Assembly: GCA_030704615.1 (NCBI GenBank)
Contig: CM060732.1
Coordinates: 40,734,001-40,798,000, forward strand
Direction: 5' to 3'
Length of the DNA stretch: 64,000 bases
DNA from: Takakia lepidozioides
Lineage: Eukaryota > Plantae > Bryophyta
The translations under genes were made by a program, and so were the position numbers. Below, in pieces: positions 62,607 to 64,000 of this stretch (positions within the stretch are counted from its first letter, which is position 1; each line of letters opens with the position of its first letter). Below the pieces are notes generated by a model. The model did no database searches, had not been told where the DNA came from, and saw only the letters and a program-made list of their open reading frames with translations.

Positions 62607-63087
62607 ATGACATCCGAGTGGATCAATCCAATCCAACCACTGACTCCGGGACATCAATCGCCATAGATGAAGACACTGTCTAGTGAGAAAGTGTGGGTGG
62701 TATCTGACCACCATGATCGATCTCTTGTGCTGCAGAAATCATACGGGTGCTACTGAAGATCTCCAAAGATATCCGCACTGTTTGTGTAAGTATTGTTTGC
62801 CACTCTTTCTCATTAAAGTAAGAAATGCATGGAATACATGCAAGCCCTGCCTTATCAAACTTCTCTACCTGGGATCACCCACTGCTTGGAACTGGGCCAA
62901 CATCCTACATCCTACATCCCGTGTACATTTTTCATCTATAAATATGGATGAAACATTCCATTACTGACACCTGTCTTGAGCTAGTTCGTGCTGTGAATAC
63001 ATACATGACACCAACCCAAGTTAGCGTGATAGTAACAATATACCATTGGTACCATTTGGTGGATTGTACCCAGGTATGTGCGCATGT

Positions 63088-63290
63088 GCCCATTACCAGT
63101 TGGCTATAGAGAGAAGACTCCGGCCAAAGTAGGCGTAACTAAGAGCTACTTCGCCTTCTGGCTAATGCCCCCTTTCAGGGGTGGGCCCTATAACCAGTGG
63201 GCTATATATATGATGTCAGCCGAAGCTAGTGTAATTAAGAGCCTCTCCCCCTTTTCGGGGTGGGCTCTATCACCAGTGGGCTACAAATTG
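63088..63290. repeat. Structured, diverged tandem repeat (2.2 units of about 80-100 bp)
   Basis: ACCAGT(T/G)GGCTA...GCC(A/G)AAG...GTAA(C/T)TAAGAGC...CCCCTTT..GGGGTGGGC(C/T)CTAT repeated. Confidence 0.7.
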
Positions 63291-63640
63291 GTTGTAAGCT
63301 AGCGTAAATAAAGCCACATCCCTTTGTTCGTATTGCCCCTTCTTCGGAAACACGAACTACTCCAATTTTGCAAAGTTTTTTTTATTCCGGCCACAAATCG
63401 CCAGATTTGGGGGTTGGTATCCTGTGAGCAGCGTGTGCTCGTGTCACTCGTGTGAGCACAACCCACGGTCATGGGAGTTTTATGTTTTTTTAACCTCGGT
63501 CATAGGAGTTATATGTTTTCAAAACGGAATATAACAGTGGGTATAGTTTTTGGTGCATTTGTCCGGTACATCTGCACCAATACAATGAGGCGAAACCTTC
63601 AATAGTGTAACCAAAAACCCTAAATCTATAGCGGCAGCGC

Positions 63641-63870
63641 TGAATTTCGCACTGAGAAATTATATGTGCTATGGGCACAAACTGAATTCGCATAAAGAAA
63701 TGATAGTTTAGGTGAATTTAGCACTGAGAAATTATATGTGCTATGACCACAAACTTAATTTCGCACTGAGAAATTATATGTGTTATGGGCACAAACTTAA
63801 TTTCGCAGTGAGAAATGACAGTTTAGGTGAATTTCACACTGAGAAATTATATGTGCTATGGCCACAAACT
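63641..63870. repeat. Minisatellite of about 42-bp units
   Basis: AATTTCGCACTGAGAAATTATATGTGCTATGGGCACAAACT four times, with two GAAATGA(T/C)AGTTTAGGTG spacers. Confidence 0.9.
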
Positions 63871-64000
63871 TAACCCCTAAATGACGAGCCGACCCGAATC
63901 GGGTTGGGCCGATTTTTCATCCATCCGTAGCATGCACGGATGAAGTCCGATGAACGAGCGGCTTGAACGAAAAATGTAGCGCCGAACGAGCTGCACACGC
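63870..64000. mobile_element. Left end of a second piggyBac-like element (runs off the window)
   Basis: TTAA|CCCCTAAATGACGAGC matches the reverse complement of the right end at 36746-36765 (TTAACCCTTAAAGGACGAGC) at 18 of 20 positions. Confidence 0.6.

Noticed and set aside
63641-63870. CRISPR-like array
   Set aside because: Eukaryotic context; the repeats are contiguous or separated by the same recurring spacer, and there are no cas genes. It is a minisatellite.

Overview
Eukaryotic nuclear DNA with spliceosomal GT-AG introns, most likely from a non-seed land plant (bryophyte/lycophyte-type). That assignment is inferred from the plant-type aldehyde oxidase, a PLS-class PPR fragment and an HDP1-like gene; the species cannot be determined. 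Genes reconstructed by hand: a decayed aldehyde oxidase duplicate (<1-4618), an intact 13-exon aldehyde oxidase (10447-20354), branched-chain 2-oxoacid dehydrogenase E1-alpha (37231-41567), a domesticated Harbinger nuclease-like HDP1 gene (49398-52011), mitochondrial IscA2-like (complement 53239-55389), a tRNA-binding OB-fold gene (55805-58845) and a damaged PPIL1/CYP18-type cyclophilin (about 60325-62606). The intergenic space holds a diverse set of transposon remains. The most unusual are: (i) a Crypton-like (DUF3504-type) tyrosine-recombinase element headed by a 115-bp palindrome (6076-7757); (ii) a LINE relic whose polyprotein carries a virus-like 2A/StopGo motif (GDIHPNPGP) upstream of an APE endonuclease, with the reading frame restored when a nested DNA element is removed; (iii) TTAA/CCC-ended piggyBac-like non-autonomous elements. 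Also present are hAT MITEs with 8-bp TSDs, RTEX-like LINE 3' ends with (ATTTC)n tails, tRNA-derived SINEs, a copia integrase relic and a gypsy-like gag preceded by an unknown extra ORF. All family assignments come from motif recognition by eye; no database searches were run.
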